This document shows, piece after piece, positions 29,764 through 39,909 of a stretch of DNA of 64,000 nucleotides. A program made the position numbers and the translations under genes. Source of the stretch: Verrucomicrobiales bacterium (GTDB taxonomy: Bacteria > Verrucomicrobiota > Verrucomicrobiia > Verrucomicrobiales > SLCJ01); the NCBI GenBank assembly GCA_046075565.1, contig JBJTQJ010000108.1, positions 32,001-96,000 of the forward strand, given 5' to 3'. Position 1 is the first letter of the stretch, and the number at the start of each line of letters is the position of its first letter. Under the pieces are notes generated by a model that saw nothing but the letters and a program-made list of their open reading frames with translations, ran no database searches and was not told the DNA's origin.

Positions 29764-30075
29764 TCACCATCCCCCGCAGCGGCGCACGAGTGTTTCCCAG
29801 AGTTTGTCAGCTTCCTCCGGTCGGGTTTCCGGCAAGCGGGCGCGGTGGAACCAATACCCTGCGTTGCCAATATCTCCTTCGATGAGATGCAGCCAGGCAT
29901 GGATGGCATCCCCATCGCGGGAGCCCAGATCATTCACGATGTCGTGCGCGGCATCCCAACCCTCCTCGCGGCGCCCCAGCCAAAGGGCGCGCAGACGGGG
30001 ATCAAGATTGGCTGGCGGCGCAGGAGAGTTTTTCACGGCCGCGGAGAAATCTTCAAAGGAGGAGTATGAGGTCAT
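29764..30075 (-). CDS. Small hypothetical protein
   Basis: WDAAH.IV...IHAWLH.IEGD..NAGYW..RA pattern, which resembles a widespread ~100-aa uncharacterised family. Confidence 0.7.
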   Translation of the reverse strand: MTSYSSFEDFSAAVKNSPAPPANLDPRLRALWLGRREEGWDAAHDIVNDLGSRDGDAIHAWLHLIEGDIGNAGYWFHRARLPETRPEEADKLWETLVRRCGGW

Positions 30076-30297
30076 GCGAGTAAAGCAGCTGAAATGAAGG
30101 ACAGCATACACCCTCTGGAGTAAATGCTTTCACGAGATTCTTCACCCCCTCCCCTATTCTGGTTCTTCTGCCCGCCCCCCCAAAAAAAGAAACATGGTCA
30201 TCCCTTTTCCATGGATCCGGATCCCGCTCTCTCCCCCGGATGATCACCTTGGTTCGAATGAAAGATCATGCTTCGAAAAACCGTTGAAAAATCACCC

Positions 30298-31767
30298 ATG
30301 AAAAATCACATCACCAAACGGCGCATTTTCGCGCACTCAGCCATCGCGCTTGCCCTCCCGCTTTTGACGGCCTTCGCGGCGGCAGAGGAAGCGAAAAAGG
30401 TCAAGGTCTACATCCTCGCCGGCCAATCGAATATGGTCGGTATCGGGCAGGTCGATGGCGGTGGTATCCGTTGGGGAAAGGAATTCACCGATGCCGTTCT
30501 CTCCATGTATGAAGGGGCACCGAATGCCTCCACGGATTACGACAAGATGGAACCGGTGAAGACCATGCCGCTCGCGGAGATCGGAGGTGTAAACCCCCAA
30601 CCTTATCCCAAGGACGGAGTCGCCGTGCTGCGCGGTCAACTCGCGATGCCCGTGACGGGAGTCTATGAGTTCCGCCCGGGTTATGGCGCTTCGGAGGAGT
30701 GCATTATGATAGTCGATGGAACGGAGGTCCATCGCAAGGAACCCGGCGCGCAGACGGTGAGCAAAGGGATCAAGCTTGAGGCGGGGAAAAAGGTTCTTTT
30801 CAAGGTCACCTACCTGAACCAAGAGGGCAATGCTTTGGGTTGGCACTCGCGCCTGGACATTCCAGGGACTCTCAAGACAGTGGTGCATCACGAGGGCAAG
30901 TTCAAATACCTCGGCGATGGCAAGGGCAACTTCGTGCCGCGTGACGATGTTTGGTATACCGGTGTGGTTACCGCCACCGCTAACAAGTGGCTCGACATCG
31001 GCTGCGGCGCATCCGCGAGCAGCATCGGGCCCGAGTTGGGTTTCGGCCACATGGTGGGCAACCATCACGACGAACCCGTGCTGATCCTCAAGGCCAGCCA
31101 AGGCAACCGCTCTCTCGGTTGGGACTTCCTGCCTCCGGGCTCGGAGAGTTTCGAAGTCACCGATGCTGAGGGCGTGACTTGGGTCTATGCCGGATACAAA
31201 CAATCACCCGACCGCTGGCAGAAAGGCACCGAACCGAAGCCGATCGAGTGGTATGCCGGAAAACAATACGACGAGTGTTTCGATGCGGCCAAGGAAGTGC
31301 TGGCCAAATTCGATGAGAAATACCCCCAGTGGAAAGGCCGGGGATACGAAGTCGCGGGCTTCGGCTGGTGGCAAGGCCACAAGGATGGCGGCGAGCAAGG
31401 CAAAGGAGTCGCTGGCGTGCCTGCCCAACGTTATGAGCAAAACCTCGTCCATCTGATCAATACACTGCGGAAAGAGTTCAATGCTCCGAATGCCCCCTTC
31501 GTCGTCGCCAGTTGCGGATTCAACGGTGGTGAGGGATGGGAACCCGGCAGCAGTGCCGACACCATCTTCAAGGCCCAGATGAACGTGGGAGATCCCGCCA
31601 AACACCCTGAATTCGCCGGCAATGTGAAGTCGGTTGATACCCGCCCCTTCTACCGCAAGCCCGAGGTTTCCCCCCGCAACCAAGGCTTCCACTACAATGG
31701 CAATGCCGAAACCTACATGCTCGTCGGAGAATCCATGGGCAAAGCAATGCTGGAAATGGGGAAATAG
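30298..31767 (+). CDS. Sialate O-acetylesterase-family (SASA) esterase with an inserted beta-domain
   Basis: Signal peptide; ILAGQSNM, GPELGFG, WWQGHKD and FHYN.NAETY motifs. Confidence 0.82.
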   Translation: MKNHITKRRIFAHSAIALALPLLTAFAAAEEAKKVKVYILAGQSNMVGIGQVDGGGIRWGKEFTDAVLSMYEGAPNASTDYDKMEPVKTMPLAEIGGVNPQPYPKDGVAVLRGQLAMPVTGVYEFRPGYGASEECIMIVDGTEVHRKEPGAQTVSKGIKLEAGKKVLFKVTYLNQEGNALGWHSRLDIPGTLKTVVHHEGKFKYLGDGKGNFVPRDDVWYTGVVTATANKWLDIGCGASASSIGPELGFGHMVGNHHDEPVLILKASQGNRSLGWDFLPPGSESFEVTDAEGVTWVYAGYKQSPDRWQKGTEPKPIEWYAGKQYDECFDAAKEVLAKFDEKYPQWKGRGYEVAGFGWWQGHKDGGEQGKGVAGVPAQRYEQNLVHLINTLRKEFNAPNAPFVVASCGFNGGEGWEPGSSADTIFKAQMNVGDPAKHPEFAGNVKSVDTRPFYRKPEVSPRNQGFHYNGNAETYMLVGESMGKAMLEMGK

Positions 31768-31805
31768 GAAGACCTAGCGAGGTTCCACCAGAACCGGAGG
31801 ACGGC

Positions 31806-32432
31806 TCAGCGTGAAGGAGAATCCTCGACGCTCACCCCGCGATCTCCTCGCTTCCATGCGGCGAAAACCACAGGCGGTCTGGCGGGTTGATTGGGCATTT
31901 CATAACAAGCAACCAGCCACTCACCGTGGGGCAGCGAAGTCATCCAGGCTCTGACAGCGGATGTCTCGACATCGCCGCCGGGATGGCCGGGATAACAAGT
32001 GCAGAGCAATAACCCGTCGGCGGCGAGCAGGTCGGCAGACTGCGCGAGGGCGGCAAGGGTGGTGTCCTCTTTAGTGACAATCTCCTTCCCTGCTCCCGGC
32101 AAGTAACCGAGATTGAAGATCATCACTCGTGGAGCGGGATGTTTGCCCGCGTGCTCGCTCCACAGTTTGGAAAGATCCGCGTGATTGCCATGAACAATTT
32201 TGACGGAACCGGCACAGTTATTTTCCGCGAGAAGCGCGAGAGTGGATTCGATGGCGGCAATCTGTATATCGATGGCGAGCACAAATCCCTTCGGCCCGAC
32301 ACATTGCACAAGGGCAAGGGTATCGTGACCGTTGCCACACGTCGCATCGATGGCGGCGTCCCCGGGCCGCAGATGGGCCGTCAGCAAGGACCGGGCGAAT
32401 TCGGTGGCTTTGGGCAGAGGTTGACGGCTCAT
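31806..32432 (-). CDS. mnmM: YtqB/MnmM-like SAM-dependent methyltransferase
   Basis: AIDATCGNGHDT, DIQ..A, FNLGYLPG..K.I.T...TT..AL and YPGH.GG..E motifs. Confidence 0.72.
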   Translation of the reverse strand: MSRQPLPKATEFARSLLTAHLRPGDAAIDATCGNGHDTLALVQCVGPKGFVLAIDIQIAAIESTLALLAENNCAGSVKIVHGNHADLSKLWSEHAGKHPAPRVMIFNLGYLPGAGKEIVTKEDTTLAALAQSADLLAADGLLLCTCYPGHPGGDVETSAVRAWMTSLPHGEWLVACYEMPNQPARPPVVFAAWKRGDRGVSVEDSPSR

Positions 32433-33508
32433 GCTTTGGAATGGATGCGCTGCAAGCGGGCGGGATCGAGTTCGGCATCGAGCGGTTTGCCATCGCGGAT
32501 GTGTGCGACCAGTTCGGCGGCCGCCCAGGGAGCGGTGAGCACTCCTTTGGAACCAAGCCCATTCAAGATGCCAATCCGCGGGTTCTCCGGAGCGAAGCCT
32601 GCGACCGGTCGGCTCTGGTGGAGAATGGGTCGCACTCCGGCACGATGGCCGACGATCTCCACTCCATCGACTCCGAGTTCGGCCAGAAACGCGGTCAGTT
32701 CGGCCGACCCGGCGGAAGTCGGATTCCACTCTGTCGCGCCGAATGCATAGGTGGCACCGACGAGACACGTGCCATCGTGTCGGGGAGCCACCCATTGGCC
32801 GGCCTGATTCCAGACCGCTTTGGGAGTCGGAGAATTGAACCGGATCTCCAGCACCTCGCCCCCGGCCGGACGAAAAGGCAAATTAGGAAAATAGCGACGG
32901 TTGGTCCGGGCCGCCAAACCCGTGCAGAAGATGACAAAACGGGCACGCAGATCTCCCATCCGGATCAAATCGCCTTCCGCTTCGAGGTCATCTTCGGTCA
33001 CGGACTGCGGCAACCATCGGTCCCGGCGCACATGGTCGGCGCGGACGGCATCCAGCCAGGCCGGCACATCGAGCCAACCGCCACCGAACATGCGGAATCC
33101 GCCTTGGGGCGTATTCAAGTTTGGGTGCGGAGGCAGGAGCCCCCCGAACCAACGCCGGATGCGTTCCTCGTCGAGCCGGGCTTGAAAAGCACGGTATTCG
33201 TCCTCTCCGGCAAACCATCGGTGGATTTCGACGGGATGGAAAAATTCCGCTCCGAGGAGCGTGGCTGCAGATGCATAGAAATCACGTGCAAATGGCAGCC
33301 ATTCCTCAATTCGCCAACTGGGATTGATTTTTTTTCCCGTTAAAGGCGTTATCAATCCTGCCGCCACCCGGGAGGCGGTGAATCCGGGAAGTTCAGCGGG
33401 ATCGGCGATGACCGAATCAAGACCAGCCATGGAGGCCGTGACGGCGAGGGCCGAACCGGCGAGCCCTTGGCCGACGATCAGGATGTCGATATCAGTAGGC
33501 CTGCTCAT
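32429..33508 (-). CDS. DAO-family FAD-dependent oxidoreductase (similar to the MnmC oxidase domain)
   Basis: GQGLAG, ASRVAAGLITP, VGATY, AGVRP and NGLGSKGV..AP motifs. ATGA overlap with the methyltransferase. Confidence 0.8.
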   Translation of the reverse strand: MSRPTDIDILIVGQGLAGSALAVTASMAGLDSVIADPAELPGFTASRVAAGLITPLTGKKINPSWRIEEWLPFARDFYASAATLLGAEFFHPVEIHRWFAGEDEYRAFQARLDEERIRRWFGGLLPPHPNLNTPQGGFRMFGGGWLDVPAWLDAVRADHVRRDRWLPQSVTEDDLEAEGDLIRMGDLRARFVIFCTGLAARTNRRYFPNLPFRPAGGEVLEIRFNSPTPKAVWNQAGQWVAPRHDGTCLVGATYAFGATEWNPTSAGSAELTAFLAELGVDGVEIVGHRAGVRPILHQSRPVAGFAPENPRIGILNGLGSKGVLTAPWAAAELVAHIRDGKPLDAELDPARLQRIHSKA

Positions 33509-35354
33509 CGATGCCACGGTATCCCCAGCAAATCCACTCGTCGAGCATGATGCGGGGAGATTCCCCGATTTCCCAGCGGAGACGCAAGGTGGCGGGGCGA
33601 CCTTCGCCTGGGCGGAGTTTAGCCAGTGACGACACCTGTTCCGCATTTTCGGGGAGAACGAGTTCGACAGACACGTCGGAATGGACGTCGCGGAAGCGGA
33701 AGTTCCATGGACCATCAGGGGTCTGGGCGGTGCTAAAAACCAGCCCGCGCAACTCCCTCGGGATGCTCACGGGTGATTTCAGATAGTTGCGGAACCAGCC
33801 GTAAAAACTTTGCGCCCACAATTGACCCTCAACTTTATAAGTGTCGACAAATGGCACGAGCCAGAGAACACAGGCCCCCTGCCGATCATGGGTAGGAGCA
33901 TGGACCCGCACCGCGACGGCTCCCGCACGAGCCGTGGTGGCAGGTTGGGCGAGAATCTGGCCAATGGCTGACTCGGCGGGCGGAGCGTCATCATAAGCGC
34001 CCTCCAACTCTTTGATCAACATGGCGTTATCCTGTGAATTCACGTAATCCAATCGCCCCTCAGGTTTGGCCGCGAGAAAGGCACGGGCGACCTCCAAAGC
34101 CGGCGATTCGGGATTTCTGGAAGCGGCATCTTGACCGGACACCGTGCGCCCGTCGGTCAGGCCGCCCGGCCAGCCGAGTTGGGGAGGAGAGAGAAGTTTG
34201 AGAACTCCGCCCGGTGTCTCCGGCCGACCGAGAAGGACCGTAACTGCTACCGTCATATCTGTGGAGAGAAATGGAATGAGCGGGTCGCCGACTGGCAGAA
34301 GCACCACCCCGACGGGAGTGTCGCTAGTGGGCGCGAAAACCTCGGCATAGGCAGCCGCAGGGTCCGGGAGAATCTCCTGTTCCATACCCAAGCGGGGACG
34401 AAGCCGGGCAAGGAACTCCCAGCGGGAGTCGGGATCGCCTTGCTGGGAGGCGAAGTTGCGGAGTTCGTCTTCGGCGGATTCGACCAAGAGCCTGCCGGCG
34501 CGGCGGAATTCGCCCCCTTTTTCCCGGCGCCAGGCAAGAACAATCGGGATTTGGCCGGCTCGTTTGGCGGGGTCGGCCTCGTAAACCGACCAGCCCGGCC
34601 CTAGCACGGACATCAACTCCCGATCACCACAAATTTGAAAATCCTCCACTCCGGGCAGCCCTTGTCGGAGCGCCCCGGTGGGCCCGAAAAGCCGCTCGAA
34701 GGGAGCCTCCATTTCCGCTCCACCTTCCAGCGTGAGCCCGGCCCTTCCCTGCGGATCGGCCTTGAGAAAAGCCTTGAGAACCCCCCACGCACCATCGTCT
34801 GAAGAATTCGACACGGGCTTCGTCTCCTCATTCAACGACCGGGTCGCCGAGCCCGGCTGGACTTTCTCTTGAACAAAATCGCGGGTCCACGGGGAACTCT
34901 CCAGCCATTCCCGGATCGGCACCGAAAGCTTCCACCCCAAGAAAACGAGTAAACCAAGCAAACCCAATGCGAGTAGCAAATAGCCCGGCGAGAATAAAGA
35001 AGACTCACTGCGGCGGACGCGGCGGTCGAGCTTTTTTCCGCTGCCAGAACTCGAGGGACTAATCCAAGCCGGGCGAGTGGAATCCACAGGGACGGATTCT
35101 GTTTGTCCGCTTTTTGCCGCAAACGAAACCGGGGCAGCGTCCGGGGGAAGATCGAACCTCTTTGGCACTTCCGGCACGATGATCCGTCCTCCACAGAGAG
35201 GACATGGTCCGGAAAGCGGACGCGTATCCGGCATGGCCAGATTGGAGTGACAATGAGGACACGGAAAAGCCAAGCGCCCATCGGGCAGCTTGCGGGTCAA
35301 TTCATGAGGCACGAGCAAAGGGTCACTCACCACCGAGAGAAACTCGCAAACCAC
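33492..35354 (-). CDS. Zinc-ribbon-containing bitopic membrane protein
   Basis: N-terminal CPHC...CPLC, one TM helix, large C-terminal domain. Start uncertain (GTG at about 35330-35354). Confidence 0.65.
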   Translation of the reverse strand: MVCEFLSVVSDPLLVPHELTRKLPDGRLAFPCPHCHSNLAMPDTRPLSGPCPLCGGRIIVPEVPKRFDLPPDAAPVSFAAKSGQTESVPVDSTRPAWISPSSSGSGKKLDRRVRRSESSLFSPGYLLLALGLLGLLVFLGWKLSVPIREWLESSPWTRDFVQEKVQPGSATRSLNEETKPVSNSSDDGAWGVLKAFLKADPQGRAGLTLEGGAEMEAPFERLFGPTGALRQGLPGVEDFQICGDRELMSVLGPGWSVYEADPAKRAGQIPIVLAWRREKGGEFRRAGRLLVESAEDELRNFASQQGDPDSRWEFLARLRPRLGMEQEILPDPAAAYAEVFAPTSDTPVGVVLLPVGDPLIPFLSTDMTVAVTVLLGRPETPGGVLKLLSPPQLGWPGGLTDGRTVSGQDAASRNPESPALEVARAFLAAKPEGRLDYVNSQDNAMLIKELEGAYDDAPPAESAIGQILAQPATTARAGAVAVRVHAPTHDRQGACVLWLVPFVDTYKVEGQLWAQSFYGWFRNYLKSPVSIPRELRGLVFSTAQTPDGPWNFRFRDVHSDVSVELVLPENAEQVSSLAKLRPGEGRPATLRLRWEIGESPRIMLDEWICWGYRGIDEQAY

Positions 35355-35455
35355 CGCTGCGTCAATGGAAAACTGTCAGCCAAACGAAAAAATCAACGAA
35401 CGCGAATCACAGCCCGGCCGCTCTCCCAGGGTGCCGACAACGACATCCGTGATCC

Positions 35456-36495
35456 TCAAGCGTGGGCCATTCGGAACGCGCCCGGGGTTTGACCGAACTC
35501 ACGTTTGAAGAAGACCATGAACGGACGGGGATCATCAAAGCCGATGCGACGGGCCACTTGGGTGACGGAGATATTCGTGCTGGTGAGCAATTCCCTCGCC
35601 TTGGCCGCACGGAGTTGGCGAATGTGCTGGGCCGGCGACATGCCGATCAGTTCACGGTAGCGTTTTTCCAAGGTTGGACGCGACATGTCGAGGTGTCCGA
35701 GAATTTCTTCCACGGTGATGCCCTCGCAGGCGCGACCTTGGATCATCTGGCGAACTCGTTCGATACTCTGATCAAGAGGGCTATCCCCGAGGGTTGAGGC
35801 TCGGGCATTGACGCCAGCCACACGCTGGCGCTCGATCCGACGAGCTGGCTTTTGGCCGGCCATCATGGTTTCCAGCATGGCCACCGCGCGACGTCCCATC
35901 TCGAGATAGTCGCTAGCGAGGGCGCTCAGGGGAGGGTCGGTAAATTGAGCCATGCGTGAATCGGCTCCGGCGAGAATACCCACATCATAAGGGACGCGGA
36001 TGCCCATTTCGCGACAGGCATTCAGCAGGTAAACGGCATCGTTCTCGCGCAGCGTTACGATTCCGAATGGGCGCGGCATCTGGCGCAGGGCGAGTTCGAT
36101 CTCGGGATGCCGCGACAGATTTTCATCCATGCGGGCAACCAGCGGGTCGCCAGAGCGAAAATAGGCACTGCGGATATTGCGGATTTCACTGCGGGCTCCA
36201 AGTCTGCGCAGGAGGGCGCTGATTCGACCACTGCGGGCATCGGAGCCAGGACCGTCGGAACGCCGAGACCAGCCAGCAAACTCGCGCGCGGATCGCCTTC
36301 ATCCAGGGTAAAATGCACTCCATCGGGTTGCCAGTTCATGGGCAACTGAATTTCCTCACTTCCTCGTGTCATTGGGAAGTCGCGGAATTCGCAACGCTGG
36401 CGAATTTCCGGATGACTGAAGACCCCCTCCATCATGCGGACGGATGTTTCTGACCACTCTTTGTGGAACAGGGCGACTTTTTTGCGGAGGCTCAG
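35456..36495 (-). pseudogene. XylR-like (LacI sensor + AraC HTH) regulator broken by an out-of-frame internal deletion near 36251
   Basis: The 5' frame (RKKVALF...WQPDG...GVPTV) switches to the 3' frame (GSDARSG...PPLSAL...RAST...GFDDPRPFMVFFKREFGQTPGAFR). The segment between these is absent compared with the intact paralog at 54047-55237. Confidence 0.65.
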
Positions 36496-36804
36496 TAGGG
36501 TAGAATTGGGAAATTTGGTGGGAATGGCTTCACCCCAAGCATCGCAAAATGCCCAGAAATGTCGATTTATTCACCGTCAACGGGCCGCTAATGTCTGGAA
36601 ATTATGGTTTTTCTCTCTTCGATGGGTAGATTTTCATTTTTGCAAATCACCGTTGCGGGTCCCAGGGCAGCGGCACCCTGGCGCGGTGGGAGGATTTGTC
36701 GGCTACTCAGACTGATTGTTGAGCCGTTCGCCGGTCAGGCACTTCTCGGGCGCCCCCAAGCGTCAGATTCTGGACAGGGCGCCGGGCTGTGCCAAGGTGG
36801 CGGG

Positions 36805-37656
36805 ATGTTCGTCTGGTCGAAACTTTCATCGGAAAAATGGCGTGATGCATGGGAAGAGCGATTCCTCGGCCACGGCCAAACCAATGCCGTGGTGACCGCG
36901 CTCCCAGGTCGGACAACCATTCGGGTGGAAGTCTATACCAGCCGTAAGTCGGAGGCGCTAAAACTCAAATCCGCCTACGGCGGCAGCGTGCGCGAAATCC
37001 GCCAGGCGGAGTGGTCAACCCCCGTCGCCCCCCCTACCCCACCGATGCGAATCCGGGGCAAGTTTATTGTGACCAACGTGCTGGAGCCCGAGGAGACCGA
37101 CCCGGTTCGCCTCGCGGCCAAAGGACTTCCCGTGTTGCACGTGCCACCCGGTTTGGCCTTTGGCACGGGCGATCATGCCACCACCTCGACTTGCCTGCGT
37201 GTGCTGGCGGACTTCGCCACGGAAAGAAAACACGCGGGTTTGGCCTGGTCGATGGCAGACTTGGGAACGGGCACCGGCATTCTGGCCATGGCGGCGGGCG
37301 TCTGCGGAGCGGAAGAGATTTACGCGATGGACTTCGACCCATTGGCCGTGAAAGCCGCGCGCGCCAACTTCCGCCGCAACCATCTGCGGAAAATCAAACT
37401 CGAACAGGCCGACCTAACCAACTGGACATCACCACGGAAGTTCGACTTCGTGGCCGCGAATGTTTTCGCCGACGTGCTCACCTTATCGCTTCCCCGGCTC
37501 AAACGCGCCCTGGCAAAGCGGGGACGCTTGGTCATTTCCGGAATCCTCCGCCAGCATTGGCCGGACCTTGAGCAAGCCGCCCTCGCCAAGGGAATCCGGT
37601 TTGATGACGTGCGCATCCGGGGCAAGTGGGTCACAGCGACCGGCGGGCACGCGTGA
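36805..37656 (+). CDS. prmA: Ribosomal protein L11 methyltransferase-like
   Basis: PGLAFGTGDHATT, DLGTGTGILA, DFDPLAV and ISGIL motifs. Confidence 0.85.
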   Translation: MFVWSKLSSEKWRDAWEERFLGHGQTNAVVTALPGRTTIRVEVYTSRKSEALKLKSAYGGSVREIRQAEWSTPVAPPTPPMRIRGKFIVTNVLEPEETDPVRLAAKGLPVLHVPPGLAFGTGDHATTSTCLRVLADFATERKHAGLAWSMADLGTGTGILAMAAGVCGAEEIYAMDFDPLAVKAARANFRRNHLRKIKLEQADLTNWTSPRKFDFVAANVFADVLTLSLPRLKRALAKRGRLVISGILRQHWPDLEQAALAKGIRFDDVRIRGKWVTATGGHA

Positions 37657-37677
37657 GTTTTTTCGATTCGCGCACTC

Positions 37678-39093
37678 TCACTGCCCTGCCGCGTCCAGCA
37701 GGCGCACGACCACCTGCCGCACGTTGATGGTCGCGTCGTCGGAAGCTCCAATGCGGATGCCATCTATGGAAAGGCGGGCGGGAATGCGACCTCTGACCAC
37801 TTCGGGTGCGCCAGGACCGTCCCCGGAATGCAGACTGGTGACTCCCGTCCGCCAATCATAGACCATCGTCATGATGCGCGGGCCATCCATTTTTGGTTCC
37901 GGCAAGATGGGGTCGAGTCCTTGTTTCACATCCAACGACCATGTTTCCGCATCGCCGAAACTATCGCCAAAGAAAACCACTTCCGCATCGCCGGCATAAA
38001 GACTCAGACCCGCCCATCCGGGGCCGTGCATGGGTCCGGCCACCGTGGGTCCGAGTTCGAGGGTTGCGACGAGCAGAGGATGTTCCTTCCCGATGGCAGG
38101 GCCATCCAGCTTGCAGAACGCTTGGAATCCTCCGCCGACCACGCTTTGGCTGCCGAGCACTGCCGTGCCTTGACGCACTTCCCACGGACCTTTGCTAGCT
38201 TGTGGAAGCCGCCCATGCAAAGAACCACCGGAACTCTCAAAATGGTCCTCAAAGGCCACATGGAGTTCCGGGAGTTTATTCGCGAAATCATCGGGACGAG
38301 CGGCAATGCGCGTCACGCGGCCTTCGGAACTCACACTGGCGGCCTCACCGGCCGTGAGCAGCGGTCGCTCGCGCCCTTGTGGCGTGCGCATTTCCACTTT
38401 GCCCTCGAAGACATGCAATTCATCCGGGGCGCTACGATGACTCACGATCGCGAACTCAGTCCCGAGGTCGATGGCTTCGAGTGAAGATGTGCTAACAGTG
38501 AAACCTTTTCCGGCCGGACCAACGCGAAATCTTCCTCTCCCCTCTTCCACCACAACCCGTGTCGCACTCTTGTAAATGATCTCGGCAGGGGCCTCGAGAT
38601 GGCCCACCACATCATTGGGAAATTGGAAACGCGCGACGCCTTTGTCGAGAAACAAGCGGGTGCCGGGCAAAGTCGCGGCCCGCCCTTCTCGTGTCGTCAA
38701 TTCGCCATCGACGCGCCATCCGGCGTCCGGAGAAAAATCGATGCGCACCGGAACCTCCGGCACGGGGACCTCCGCGAGAGCGGGTTCAGATTCAGGCTTC
38801 TTCGCAGCGAGCCAGATGGCCGTGGCGACTATGGCTAGGGCAGCCGCAGCGGAGAGGAGCCCGGTCATCCATCCGGACCTGGCTCGTTGGATCGGCCGTG
38901 CGCTGCGGGGTTGGCCAACCATCGCTTGGCCGTGGAACTCCTCCGCCAGCGAATGGTGGAGCAGCGCGTAGGATTGGTAGAGTTTCCGCAGAGCGGTGTC
39001 CTTGCGCAAGTCCTCTTGGAAACGATGGAAATCAATTTCGGTCATCGTGCCATCGAGCACGGACTGGATACGTTCATGGTCGGCCCGCTTCAT
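37678..39093 (-). CDS. FecR-like anti-sigma factor
   Basis: N-terminal helical domain, TM helix, GFTV.T....IDLGTEF...HVFEGKV FecR motif and a C-terminal beta domain. Confidence 0.82.
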   Translation of the reverse strand: MKRADHERIQSVLDGTMTEIDFHRFQEDLRKDTALRKLYQSYALLHHSLAEEFHGQAMVGQPRSARPIQRARSGWMTGLLSAAAALAIVATAIWLAAKKPESEPALAEVPVPEVPVRIDFSPDAGWRVDGELTTREGRAATLPGTRLFLDKGVARFQFPNDVVGHLEAPAEIIYKSATRVVVEEGRGRFRVGPAGKGFTVSTSSLEAIDLGTEFAIVSHRSAPDELHVFEGKVEMRTPQGRERPLLTAGEAASVSSEGRVTRIAARPDDFANKLPELHVAFEDHFESSGGSLHGRLPQASKGPWEVRQGTAVLGSQSVVGGGFQAFCKLDGPAIGKEHPLLVATLELGPTVAGPMHGPGWAGLSLYAGDAEVVFFGDSFGDAETWSLDVKQGLDPILPEPKMDGPRIMTMVYDWRTGVTSLHSGDGPGAPEVVRGRIPARLSIDGIRIGASDDATINVRQVVVRLLDAAGQ

Positions 39094-39638
39094 GGTTTCA
39101 CATCTGCGGGTTGAGACATCTGGCGCTCGATGCAATCGCGCAACGCGGCGCGGAGTTTGAAAAGTATCGCTTTTAGTGTGCCGGTGCTCCGTTTGGTGGC
39201 GCGGGCGAATTCATCAAGAGGCGCACCGCTGGCGTAGCGGTGCTGAAGCAAATCTCGGTCCTGTGGTCTCAATTTCCGCAAGCAGTGCCGGAGCGCGATA
39301 TGTTTGTCCTCGAGCTCGAACGGCTCGTTTTCCATTTCCTCCGCCATGTCCTCCATCAAATCCTCATCAAAGACCAGCCAACCTTGCCGGGCGAGACGGC
39401 GGCGATGGTTGAGCAAATGGTAACGGGCGATCTGGAAGGCCCAGGCTTTGAAATTTGTTCCGGGCACGAATACCGAACGCTTCTGCCAAAGGGTCACATT
39501 GACCTCCTGCAAAATGTCCCTTGCCCCCGACCAGCCGGAGACCAGACTCATGATATAAGCCAGGATCGCCGTCTGGTGGCTCGTCAATTCGGCGACGAAC
39601 TCGTCTTCCTCGGGCACGATGGGATTCGGCATGGCCAT
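39090..39638 (-). CDS. ECF RNA polymerase sigma-70 factor (Rhodopirellula/Verrucomicrobium type)
   Basis: DILQEVN..LW.K...F.PGTNF.AWAF.IAR region 2 and a C-terminal HTH. ATGA overlap with the FecR-like gene. Confidence 0.9.
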   Translation of the reverse strand: MAMPNPIVPEEDEFVAELTSHQTAILAYIMSLVSGWSGARDILQEVNVTLWQKRSVFVPGTNFKAWAFQIARYHLLNHRRRLARQGWLVFDEDLMEDMAEEMENEPFELEDKHIALRHCLRKLRPQDRDLLQHRYASGAPLDEFARATKRSTGTLKAILFKLRAALRDCIERQMSQPADVKP

Positions 39639-39909
39639 ACTTATACTTCAAATGTCCGCATCCATAGGGTGGGTTTATTGGGAATCGCCGGGAACCAAAC
39701 AAAAAGTCCCCAACCAGCCGCAAATCCATCCTTGGATTGGGCCTGACTCTTGACGTTCGATTTTGAATCACGGCGAACCTTAAACCCTTAAAAGTGATGT
39801 GCGATTTTGAAGTTTCTTCTTTACATAACCACAAAACAAGCGAATATGACCTCGGATGTAATGACATTGTGCATTCGCACACATCGAACATCACCATCTC
39901 CTGTTCATC

